From contig NW_002060966.1 of assembly GCF_000150275.1 (NCBI RefSeq), forward strand, positions 14,415 through 78,414: a stretch of DNA of 64,000 bases. The letters run 5' to 3'. Both the position numbers and the translations under genes were made by a program. The stretch's first letter is position 1, and each line of letters opens with the position of its first letter. The notes below the pieces were generated by a model. It did not search any database, had not been told where the DNA came from, and was given only the letters and a program-made list of their open reading frames with translations. The DNA comes from Trichoplax adhaerens. Taxonomy: Eukaryota; Animalia; Placozoa. This document shows positions 15,501-26,713 of this stretch, one piece after another.

Positions 15501-18500
15501 GAGCGAAACTATGATTAGTTCTCATGGCTTTATGATAAGAAATTATTAATTCTTAGCAGTTTTTTATTAGTATAGGTTGCATTGAAATTCTAATGGTACA
15601 TCAGCACTATAGACATTCTCAAGAAAAAAAGGAATTTACTTACAGGCTGATAAGACTGGACAATGTGGCAAACGAACCATTTTTAATAGTGTGAATTCTA
15701 TTACCAGACAGGTCTCTAATTAATGAAATTAGATCTCTGAGATAAATATTAAAACTATTTACGTTTACTTCTGTAAATATTATTAAATATTGTTAGCTGA
15801 CAGGCTATATAATTATAGACAGACATAGCAATGAGCACATTCCAACTTACATTCCTATTTGATAATTTCGATTTATAAAATAAGTTTAATAGATGTAGTA
15901 ACGATCAATGATCATTAACTGCTCCTTCAATTAAAGTATAAGTATTCATCTTAAGACTTACAATGCTTGCAGGTTGTTAAGGTTGGTAAAGAAGCTAGGC
16001 TGTATGGTTGAAATATTATTGTCCGAAAGAAGTCTATGGAAAAATAAAGGCGTATAATGATAAAGTTATTGTTATAGATGTATCTCAATTAATAAATACT
16101 GTAACTTTTTAAAAATAATTTTGCAAGTCTTCTTAATTGTAAGGATATAAATCACAACTGCTTTATGTTTATCGATCCGATTGGAGGTTATTGTTGCTAC
16201 CAGCTAAGTTCACTTTCTAATGATGCCTGATATAATGATCTACTGAAAATATTTTCTATGGTGCAGAGATTATTGCACCAAATGAAGAATCCTTTCCCTA
16301 CTACAGCATTCATTTTAACTTATTAACGTCCAGTAAATCTAATTACACTTGAGAATCAAACCCTCTACCAAAAAAATTATATTGGACTTCTATATTGCCT
16401 TTAGACTTTATCAAGCATACATTTCGAATAGCTCAGTTGTCGGTTTGAAGATGTCTTCATCGATAGAAGTAATTTTATTACCTACGATAGATCTAAAAGA
16501 AATGCAAGTGAGTTGTATAAAATGCTGTCACATAATATATATGTAAAATTATCTGGAATTAAGCATTCTTTGCTTTAGCCACTGTTAATAGGTTTCCAAT
16601 ATATGATTGGCTAAGATAAAATAATTCATTGATATTTATGAGTACAGCAAATTGAACCATGGTATGTAAAAAATCGCTTATTATACTATAAGAAGGCTAG
16701 ACGATAATTTAAGGATTCATTAACTGAATTGTGTAAGTATTTTAAATGGCGATCTACTATCAATATTTTTGCCATGGATGGGAAATAGTGAGTGTATATA
16801 TAGTTGCATAGAGTAATAGAAAAGCCATTTATATCAAATATAATGTAAGCATTGTATTCTATTGCTTTCAAAAATCGTAACATTAACGTAATATCTTGGG
16901 ATGTTGATAATCATGCTAAGAGGAGTAAAAAACTGGTGATTGCTTAAATAATAACTCTAGGTTATCTATTCTTACAATGCTTTAAGGTGAGTAAGACAGG
17001 CAAAGCTACCATTAGAAAGCTTCAATAATTTGTTATTATTGATATCTCTGCAAAAGAAGCAGTTTTCCAATAAATCTTTTTCAATTAAAGCGATAAAATT
17101 GGATAAGCACAGCACAACAGTCATGATCTTTTTTATCATAAACAAGGAAGATTTAAAATTTAGAAAGAGCACCCGTTGTGGCTAATATGAAACTGATTAC
17201 TGTATCTGGTCTTCTTAAAGATAGAATATATAATACAGAGATTTTACTATGAAATTGGCTTAAATTTTTAACAGGTTACAGCTTACCAAATTCATTAATT
17301 ATTAGCGATAAAAGAAGCTTTAGTAGAGATTTTCAGTCATATTAAACTTACAGATACTGCAAATTAGTCATTGAACAGAATGATTCCTTTTCGATGAATT
17401 CAATATCATTATTATCTAAACTCCTAATGTGGTCGAAGCGCTATGTCAGATTTATTTAGTTTGAATTTAACATCAGCTTTTAATTAAACCGATTCAACTT
17501 AGATACTTTAAAGATTTTGAAATTTTTTCATCTACTTGTATCAAATTTTAAATTAGTAAAATCTTTGCCCAAAATTTGAACTGAATTATAAAAGATAGTA
17601 ATAGTACAGATATCAATGCAATTTTTAATGCGAACATTGTAAGAAGAACAATTATTAAAACAACAGATAGTACTTCAAGCACCCCTGTTTCATGCTAGAG
17701 TGACAGAAACTATCTCTTTAAAATATAGACTAAGAAAAGGCATTAGTGATACTAATTTTGTACGAAATATACTTAATTTTAACTGAAAGAGTGAAGATTA
17801 CACGAAAGAGATTTTACTTTGTATGATATAACTGAATAGGTAAATTTTTCTTGATATTTTAGCTAATAATATTATTTATATTTAGTGAGTTGATATCTTA
17901 GCTTGTAAAATTTACAAGAACACTATTTCCGAGATACAGGCAAAGGTATGTCGTTCAATTCTTTTGATATTATTCATCAAGATCCGACTAAAAGAAATTC
18001 AAAATAATTAAGTTATAAGCTTTTGCAGTTGATAAGGCAGTAGACGAAAATGGTTCTTTAAATTAAAGAATAATACGTACAAATCCCAAACATTAGGTAA
18101 TCCACAAAATGAGTACGGTTCGATGTAAGTAATTGAATTTTGCTCTAGCTTACTAACATGAAACATATTAGATAAATTAAATTGCCAAAATGCAAATACA
18201 AAAATTTCTTAGCTACGGCAGGGTAAGACATCAAAAAGAAATATCAACTGGATTGGAGTCATTAATATGAAATTAGCTATACTCTAGTGCTTTTGTGAAA
18301 ACCTATAATTGAAATTGCTTTTATTAATCTTTTTCAGTAAAGAAATAATTTGCTCATTTATTTCTTAAAACGCTGATTCTTCTCGTAAATGAGTAATAAT
18401 TCTATATTCTAGTTGTATAGAATCAGTAATGCAACGGCTAGAGCGTTGTTAGTTTGATGCTAACGAGTTCAATTACTTCATTAATGATATTATAAGATTG

Positions 18501-21500
18501 GCTAGAATTGCCTAGGCGAATTTAAAATTTCTAAACTTACAGATGTTCTACCGATGGCAAGCCAAAAAATGAACTGCGACGGATAATTTTCAATCGATTT
18601 CCTGCGATATCACTAATTTAAGATAGTTAAGGAATAGCGTAGCGAGTATAATAAATTAACAACAGGCAATGCTATGAATGCTAGAATAAATGGATTCTAT
18701 TAAACTTTGAAATAACAGTAATTTTGATTTAAAAATATAAGTTGATTCATAGCAATGACATTATAAACTTATAATGTTGCTATTTAAGAAATGATAATTT
18801 GGATAAGTTGAATCTTACAGCATGCGAAGTTTCGTCAAATTACGAAATGAGTTTGGTTCAATTTCTTCGATACCATTATACTCAAGATATCTAAAGCATA
18901 TTGAGATAAATAGAAATTAATTTTTAAATATAAATATGCATTTAGATTGGAATGAATTTATTTATTTATTATGAAATACAGTAAATTTTATGATGTGATA
19001 ATGATCTCCGTCCTTAAAATTTGTACATGGCTTTCATATTAATTATTCCTATATTATCTTTGCTTTTATACTCACATATCTTCTAGTGATGATAGGCAAG
19101 CCAAGCTGTCATTTTTAACAATCTTTAAGCGATTACCCTTCAAATTTCTATGCAATGTATTTTAAATATAGCGAGAAGATAAAAAATTTTACTATAACAA
19201 GAAATAAATAAGCTACGAAGTTCTTTATATACAGATACTTTCGTGTGAAATTTAAAATACGGATATTTTTTATACGCGTTTTGAATTAAACGTGTAAATA
19301 GTTGTGTTGAAAACCATAATTTAATAAAATGTCAATCTAATTTATATATCGAAACGAACAGGCGAGTTAATGATTGCAAACCGCACAAAGAGTTGGTTTC
19401 AATTGTTGAGATGGCATTATATTTAAGTCGCCTGTGATATTGATGAAACATGGTCAAATGCAAATCAATTTTTGGACGTAATATGAACTTCTATTATTTA
19501 TAGTGATATTTACGTAACAATATTTTAGGAGATTTTATTCCGCATAGTATTCAATTATAATTTCGGGTCAGAACTGATTTTAAGATCATAAATGTTTCAA
19601 CTGCTCGTCGATAAAATTTAATAACTAATTTAAAGCAACATTATGATTAAAGCTAATATTAATTAGAAGATGTTTACTTAGCATACTTTTATACTTACAA
19701 ACGTTTCAAATTCGACAAACAACCAAATTCACCTTGAGACATGGCCTTAAGACGATTATTATCTAAAATTCTAGTCAAAATTATAACATCCATTAAAATC
19801 CTTATGAAATGACTAACAAGTATTATTTTTACTCTCCCATTGGCATATAAATGGTGCAAGATGTGTTATTTTTACTTACAAATACTGCAAATTTTGCATT
19901 GAACAGAAGGCTTTCGACTCGATATGTACCACTGCATTTGATCTAAGCATTCTATAGAAATAAAATAAATGAACATTAGCAATAGGCTTAGGCTGGAGAT
20001 TAATGTCAAGATTAAAGCTATGATTTTGGTATATTATCGCAATATTAATATACTTTGCTTTAAGGCTTGGACAATTGCAGCAATTAAAAGCATTTCTTTA
20101 TCATATTTTACTTGTAATTTATCATCAAATTTAACGAATAAATACAGTAAAATAATTGGTACAAGAACTTTCAGATACTTTTAGAGAACGAAATACTTGT
20201 TTGCATGATCTCAACTAATTTCTCCTAAATTTTATTATGGTATTGAAGAATCTGAATTCGGTTTAAAGTATTAAAAAATAACGGTAAAAATGATATCATA
20301 ACTTGGTACTGATCTCATCAATTACATCAAATACTCAAACTTTCTATATGAATCATCTGTTACCCTTATCCCACAATTTTAGGTTTCCAAGACAAAATAC
20401 AGTAAGCATACGCATAAATAAGCTATCAACTTAATAGTTTTTGAAAGATGTTAAAATCAGGCTCCTTTGCTATTGAAGAGTTAATGCTCAGAACGATAAA
20501 TAAATGGTAGGCTTCGAGCTATGAAGCTTTTATAGCTTCACTTACAGTTGTTTCAGATTGGTTAGGCAGTTGAATGATCCATATGTAATAACTTGTAATC
20601 GATTAGCTTCTAAGGATCTTTCATATAAATCAAAATTAGCAAGGAATTTTTTCATTTAAGCACGTACTAAATATAAAAATACAGTGACTAGTAAAACTAA
20701 CAGATTGGTTAGGCGTGGCAAGCTACAGAATGCATCGGTTTCAATAACCTCGATGAGGCTGCTCGTAATGTTCCTAAATAAACCATCGAACACAAAAAAA
20801 GCAACGCGATATTTAAGTTGCTCTACCGTCTTGTGAAACAATTAAAGGAATTGTCTTAATTAGAAAGTTCCTGATTAAAAGCCTAGTTATACTGCAAGTA
20901 TGACCTTACAAGCGTTCCTAAAATTATGTAGACATTTATCCTCGTAATATCTAATGGAATTAAAATAAATTTAAAATTTCAATCTTCCTACTATATCATG
21001 CATTATTATACTTATAGCTACCGCTTCGTAAGGTAACGCGTACTTCTAATAAAGTCATAAATAATTAATAATTCCTTAAATACGTATTATGTAGCTGTAA
21101 TGTAACTCAGTATTGTAATTGTAGACTGTTAGCTATGTTTAGTATAATGTACGGTAGCGTAACTTCTGTATTTATCCTAAGAGATATTTGGTAGCTATAA
21201 CTATAGACTGTAGTGGTAGAGACTCTATGCTAGAGTACAGATGGCTATATACAGTAAGGTGTTGAGTTACTAATAAGGCTATAGGTAAAAATAGAACTGT
21301 AAATCATATATTATGATATGGTTAATTGATTGTACTTTGGCTGGTGTGAATAATGTCTACATAAATACTGTAGTCGTATCCATATCGGATTAAGGATGGC
21401 CCGCAGTAGAATAGTGTTACTAAGAATAATTTAAATATGTGTAAAATAAGGTAAAAGGTTGCCATGCGGATTATAGCTGCGAATGCTACGAAAAGTATAA

Positions 21501-22434
21501 AAGCATGCAACTATAGATTATTCTGTTAGTTCGTAGTAGAAGTCTTTAGTAGTAGTATTCGGCTAGAGTAGAGCTGTGCGTAGTTAATCTTTGTATAAGA
21601 TTCAATAAAGCCCTTATTTTTCTAAAATTTGGAATTTCGTGATTGGTATATATCACAGTAGCATAATAAGTTAAAATTATCCAAAAAATAAAGTACCAAT
21701 TTTTAAATCTAAAATTAAGGCATATTCAGTATAAAACTGAATACCTACATCACAATTAAATTCATATAACGAACAAAACTTTTCGCTTTAATTCTTCTGA
21801 TACTGGTGTTATTAATTAACCTAAGCGATAAAAATAACCGTCATTTCGAAGTTAAGTGATATAATAGATAATAAAATCATTTATCCATTAAAATCATGAC
21901 TTAGATAGCGTCATAAATATTAGTAGCACGGATCTTCCTACGTGTAGATACCGCAATAGTATCGATCAATGTATACTGATATATTATTAAAATAGAAGGA
22001 TTTGAGTTTGTTGACTAATTTACGACCTCGACCAAAGAGCATATTTGCATTAATCTAAAGTTTTATCAATAGTGAAGCAATTACAAGAATTGATCATATG
22101 CACATAATTTTCTGCAGGTGTATTACTAACAGTAATTTCACGATTTTAATGTCAGTATAATCGATGTTGGGGAGTTCAATTAAGTTACTGCTCGAACAAC
22201 TTATAGATGAATTGCTGCAATTGCAAATGCTTGGACAACCATTATAGATTTCTGTTAGAAATAATGACTAGATCTTAATTTATGATATAAGAAATATAAA
22301 TAGCACTAAAAATTTTAACATTTTAAATTGAATGCCTTACCTGCAATTCCATAATTACTTACTATTACCGGCCAAATAATAGCAACGAAGTTAACATACA
22401 GGATTGAATGCTGTAGATTGTCTTTAATTTTCAT
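1..22434 (-). CDS. Gene A: giant LRR-containing GPCR (LGR-like), 53 coding exons, 3' end runs off the window; +1 frameshift in exon 47 (young pseudogene, skippable exon or sequence error)
   Basis: Exons bounded by AG/GT on the minus strand, 5'->3': 22341-22434, 22131-22251, 21749-21820, 20702-20773, 20546-20617, 19880-19951, 19699-19770, 19360-19431, 19076-19147, 18819-18890, 18541-18612, 18081-18152, 17916-17987, 17352-17423, 16976-17047, 16421-16492, 15962-16033, 15644-15715, 14103-14174, 13727-13798, 12743-12811, 12570-12641, 12278-12349, 11748-11819, 11504-11575, 11139-11210, 10953-11024, 10243-10314, 10007-10078, 9753-9839, 9446-9508, 9195-9266, 8989-9072, 8137-8208, 7882-7947, 7403-7474, 7138-7206, 6972-7040, 6744-6815, 6527-6598, 6377-6445, 5069-5134, 4860-4931, 4682-4765, 4459-4524, 4256-4336, 2761-2830 (70 bp, frameshift), 2517-2594, 1720-1791, 1470-1550, 1305-1376, 673-744, <1-558. 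Internal exons encode LRR units (e.g. SLDNNDIEFIEKESFCSMTNLQYL) and match gene B one-to-one in length and sequence. Confidence 0.9.
3054..4129 (+). mobile_element. Solo-LTR-like element, family R1, interrupted by a nested element
   Basis: Ends TGTTACA..TGTAACA, TSD ATGCT on both sides; homologous to 37669-38296, 39363-39992 and 61720-62352. Confidence 0.85.
3203..3639 (-). mobile_element. Solo-LTR-like element nested in R1
   Basis: Ends TGTCAC..GTGACA, TSD ACATC; the other R1 copies show the empty site. TATA-like and AATAAA motifs on the minus strand. Confidence 0.85.
5500..6183 (-). mobile_element. Diverged inverted copy of family R2 (left boundary approximate)
   Basis: Reverse-complement match to 21096-21657, e.g. 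the shared core catctgtactctagcatagagtct; no clear TSD. Confidence 0.7.
9330..9347. repeat. (TA)n microsatellite
   Basis: About 9 TA units in an intron of gene A. Confidence 0.8.
21096..21657 (+). mobile_element. Solo-LTR-like element, family R2
   Basis: Ends TGTAAT..ATCACA, TSD GTAGC, TATAAAA followed by AATAAA; near-identical to 32083-32632 and 53201-53765. Confidence 0.88.
22131..22434 (-). CDS. Gene A coding exons 1-2: signal-peptide-like segment and LRRNT cap
   Basis: MKIKDNLQHSILYVNFVAIIWPVIVSNYGIA (94 bp), then CPSICNCSNSSISCSSSNLIELP (121 bp); same exon lengths as gene B. Confidence 0.85.
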
Positions 22435-24336
22435 GTCTGCACAATAGGATGATAATAATTACTTTCTGTAATACAATTTAAAAACATAAATGTTAAGGAT
22501 AAGATTGAATTTGAAGGTCCGGTTAATGTAGCAGAAAGTTCTCGTTCAATACGATAGTTACAAGTAAGATTAAACAATTCTATTATTTTCCTTTAACAGT
22601 ATAGTTGAAGGCTGAAGCTTCTAATAATCTAAATAGCGATATCAATAATTCATTTAATGTATCATTTAATCCGTTGGACTAACGACTTGATAATAGCAAT
22701 TTAAATTCATCTGAATTATTTTCGCTTATATTTTTATCAATTCAAGCTTTACTAGATGATTCCTTAGGAAAGCGTTAAAATAAGCTACTAAGATAATAGA
22801 AATAAAATATGAAATTTAAAATAAATTTCGAACATAACTAACAACATTTCTTACTGTGACATTATTTATTGGATTATTAAAGATTACCTAAATGTTCTCC
22901 TTTTAATAAAGTCAGTAATCTTGAATCTGGTTCTGCGTATTGCAAAGATTTACACTCGCGGAAGCTATCAAGAGAGATTCTAATAGAATAAAAAATTTAA
23001 ATTGATTCACCTCATATATATTTTCGATATTAAATTAAATTAATTTAATTAGTAATCAGTATTGCTATTGCCAAAGAAAGAATTCGATTAGAATCATATT
23101 TAAGTATTCAATAGACTGGAAAGTGCTTCTTACCAGTATCACGAATTGTCGGGTATGATACTCGTTAAAGACTCTGTACCTAAGGGGAGACTGGTAAAGA
23201 ATCTTAATCCTTTATCTGCACAGTAATAAAAGTTGTTCCTAAAATGAAAAAGTGTCTAATTGAGGAAGATAGGCCCATAATAGCCGCCTAATTAATCGTA
23301 TCCAATTAGATACATCATCGAATACGCTATTGCTTGGGGAAAAGACTCGAAATCTTTTGTCTCTACTGTTATAACAATGACTTAGATGCATTATTTTGCC
23401 AAGGCTTTAAAATATTTGACAGACTGTCTTTAGATACGTAGTTTCTAACATTCGTTTCTGGAAAAATTGTTTAAATTGGAAGTTCGCTATATAATAGAAT
23501 AATATTTTATCACTACACACTCATACATAGGTGTACAATATTAAAAATAAATTATAATGAACTATTTTGCAGTATAGAGTACGATTGGCAATGATTCTTC
23601 AAAGAAGTTCACAATATTCTCTGTTCTTAACATTATAAAACACTATCTTATAAGCAGCACAATAGCATTATCTTCCTTTTTATTTTATATTTCATGGTAT
23701 ATAATTATTGTTGGCGATTTACTTTTCAGATGATTAGGGGAAATGAAACTACTTGAGAATTTTATTGAAGAGGAAGTGAAATTATAGATTTTAATGCCCA
23801 TTTTAAAACAAATTAATGAAACTGATTGGTTGAATATAATAAAAATTCCCAAAATTGATGAAGAAGCTTGACAGTATTTGGAAAGAAAGTTTTTTGTTGG
23901 GAGAAATTGCAATTTAAAGAACAGTAAACAATATTAGATGAAGGGAACCATACTTTGTTCGCACAGAGTGGATAAGAAATAGTTTTAGCTGTATTCATAA
24001 ATTTAATTAAATGTTACGAGAAATAAATATTGATTTAATGGCATTTGAAGGACCGTCAAGAATAGAACTTTTAAATAAAACATTTTTTAAAGAATAAGTG
24101 AAAAGGGTTTATTAGCATAAGTAAATTGAGGTAATGTCATTATTTAGTAGAAAAAAAAGCATACCATTATTAAGAGATCGGATAAGCTAAGCAGGATCCA
24201 TTAAGCTAATATTAGCCGTACTGGTATTACGTAATAATATTAAATACTAGATAGCTGTAAGAAAAAGTTTAGTATTCGGCATATGAACCATTAGTAGAAA
24301 TATTAGCAAAGCAATTTTGCTACTAAATGGCACACC

Positions 24337-24562
24337 AAAAAAGAATTGTAGATTAATATTTTAATATTTAAATAAATTGGCTATAAAGCGCTCCGTAACT
24401 AAACCAGCATGCTGAAATAAATTTATATGTCCTATTTATGAAATTAATCTACTACAAAGTATATTGAAAAGAATTGTAGTCTAATATCATGATGTTTTAC
24501 ATAGCTGGCCTTAAAGCGCTCAGTAATTACGCTATCATACTAAACTGAATGAGTATACATGT
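24337..24562. repeat. Degenerate tandem duplication, period about 130 bp
   Basis: aaaagaattgtag..taatat..ggc..taaagcgctc.gtaa occurs at about 24337 and again at about 24467. Confidence 0.6.
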
Positions 24563-24953
24563 TAGTGTATGTCATAAAGTTAGTTCGCTAACCTATTTTT
24601 ATTATATTTTCCTTAGCTAACAGATTTTGGTATTTTTTTTAAATCTGTCATCTGTGACGTTATTCATTCTTGTATAGATAAAGGCATAGCTTCATAATAT
24701 TTTCTAGAACTTATAACCAATATTTTCTAAATTGAGTACCATTTGAGTGTTTTTTAAATAAAGTTTTTATTCACTTCGTCTAAAGAGACTAATGGTGTTG
24801 CTGTTTTCTTGGCGATAGGTGATCGTCAGTATTTAAAACGATAATGAAGATATTTGTCACAGAGGACAACTTGGCAATAAACTCGTGGAGGTTGTTTTTT
24901 TGTAATGATTTTATTTTTTTGCCTTTACAAATTTCAAATTGTAATAAAGTGAC

Positions 24954-25538
24954 TGTCGTAGTCAGCCCACGACAAGGAGACCTGGGCCTTTGAAGTTGTA
25001 TGAAAACTAAGGCTACCACAGCAACCACAGCAAGTATGCCTCAACAGGCTAAGCGTAGACTAGTCTTAGGCTTTTAAAATAGTTTATTGAACGAAGGTAG
25101 TCTTGCCATCCAAGACTACTCTGACCCCACGGTCAACCGACAACTGATCTGCTAGTGAGAGCGCTAGGCTTTATATACCCTAGCTCGGTTGCACTCGGTG
25201 CACAGCTTAGGTAAACAACTCTAAAACATACAGCTTTTGTATAGCCGACTGTCTATATGGTTTAGTATGGCAGACGGCGTAAACAACACTAATGAGTTAT
25301 GAACTAATTAAGAGCTAATTAAAAACCAAAGGCTCAGCACAAAGTAACAGAAATTACTATGGTGTGAATATTACTTATCACCTCTGTAAATACATTGCTC
25401 TGCACAGAGTCTACAACAAGTATAATTAGACTACTAATAATGTTACAATTATCCCATAGCTATTAAATAATAAAATCTTAATTACTAATTACTAAGGCTA
25501 ATGCCACAATTAATTGATGGAGTCTATACTCCGTCACA
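24954..25538 (-). mobile_element. Solo-LTR-like element, family R3, 67 bp downstream of the gene B stop codon
   Basis: Ends TGTCGT..GTCACA, TSD GTGAC; inverted homolog at about 27157-27754; minus-strand TATATAAA (25170-25177) and AATAAA (25083-25088). Confidence 0.85.
25083..25088 (-). promoter_or_regulatory. Candidate polyadenylation signal of gene B, inside R3
   Basis: First minus-strand AATAAA I find downstream of the TAG at 25606. Confidence 0.45.
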
Positions 25539-25605
25539 GTGACACAATGTATACAGAATGCCATAATTATATAGCCAAAAAGCAATTTTTCTCCAAAACA
25601 GTTTC

Positions 25606-26713
25606 CTAATTCACATCGATCGCATTGCCGTTTGAATTGATAACAAAAACCCTTGAGCTACATAGACCTATACGACTAGATCTGTTTCGATTCTTTGGCT
25701 TGCTACATAAGCCAGCCAAGCAAGTTACTGGATGAATAAATAATCTCTTAATTACGGCTTTGCTTGTTATGGTGTACAAAAATGGATTAAGAGCAGAGTT
25801 AATCGGTAATGCAAAAATACCGATAAATTGTAATGTGATCACATTAACGCCTTTACTTGTAACGAAACCGAAATTATTAACCGCATAATATGGTACCCAG
25901 CTAATTAAATTGGTGAGTAGTATGATTGATAAGCGCAGTGCAAGTACTTTATTTTCCTTATTAGCTGATTTCCTAGCAGCTTTTCGAGTCTTGCGAAAGG
26001 ATATAAACATTGCTATATATAGTGAGAACGTAATAATCCAAGCAAAAATTGTAGAAGCAATATAGGTTATCATCCAAATGCGGTAGGAAGGGTTCTCATA
26101 ATTGCTTGGCATGCATATGCTGTTATAGGTGTATAATCGTAGTTCACCAGGTTGATTAATACTGAGTAGTGCTGGAATAAGTGCAAATAAAAAGCATACT
26201 AGCCACGTTATACAGGTGATTACTCGAGTAGCAGATATGCTTAGTTTTTTTGCTTTAAGCAAATATACAATAACGATGAACCTATCGGCACTGATAATTA
26301 GCATTAAAAATACAGATACTAAACTGGATGTAGTCACAAGAATACAGGATATTACACATAACGGATTTCTTAGCCAATTCTCAGATTGTAGACCGTATTG
26401 TTCTTGGCTACTGTACGTTGAGTTAGCAAACGCTATGATGAATAAATAGATTGACATCAAGAAGTCGGACATAGCCAGATTATTAATTAATAGTACATGG
26501 ACTTTCTTTGCCGAATTGCCTATGCAGCAATTTTGTATAATAACCAAAATATTACCCAAAAAAGCTAGGCAGCCGACAACCCAGACAAAAGATTGCATTG
26601 AAACATGAGCAAGTAGATGTTGACAAGATGATAAAGTATCTGATGACACTGATGGCTCGCAAGTCACAATTTTTGCGGGTATCATGCAGCAAAAGTATGG
26701 ACGATTAGTTAGC
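25606..26713 (-). CDS. Gene B terminal exon: hinge plus complete 7TM domain and C-tail
   Basis: The 359-aa ORF of the track extended to the AG acceptor. Motifs: YFCC, DTLSSCQHLL, GN (TM1), NLAMSD (TM2), ADRF, SICMP (ECL2), WVP (TM6), PINSALNPFLY (TM7, typical of LGRs). Confidence 0.96.

Noticed and set aside
16972-20841. Short minus-strand ORFs 16972-17172 and 20656-20841 (also 55172-55375) as standalone genes
   Set aside because: They are single exons of the LGR genes read through into intron sequence.
25900-25925. Asn replacing the TM6 Asp of glycoprotein hormone receptors (LTNL) as a sign of constitutive activity
   Set aside because: Asn at this position is natural in LGR4/5-type receptors, so it is not diagnostic.
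26216-26449. 77-aa + strand ORF
   Set aside because: It is the antisense shadow of the 7TM exon.
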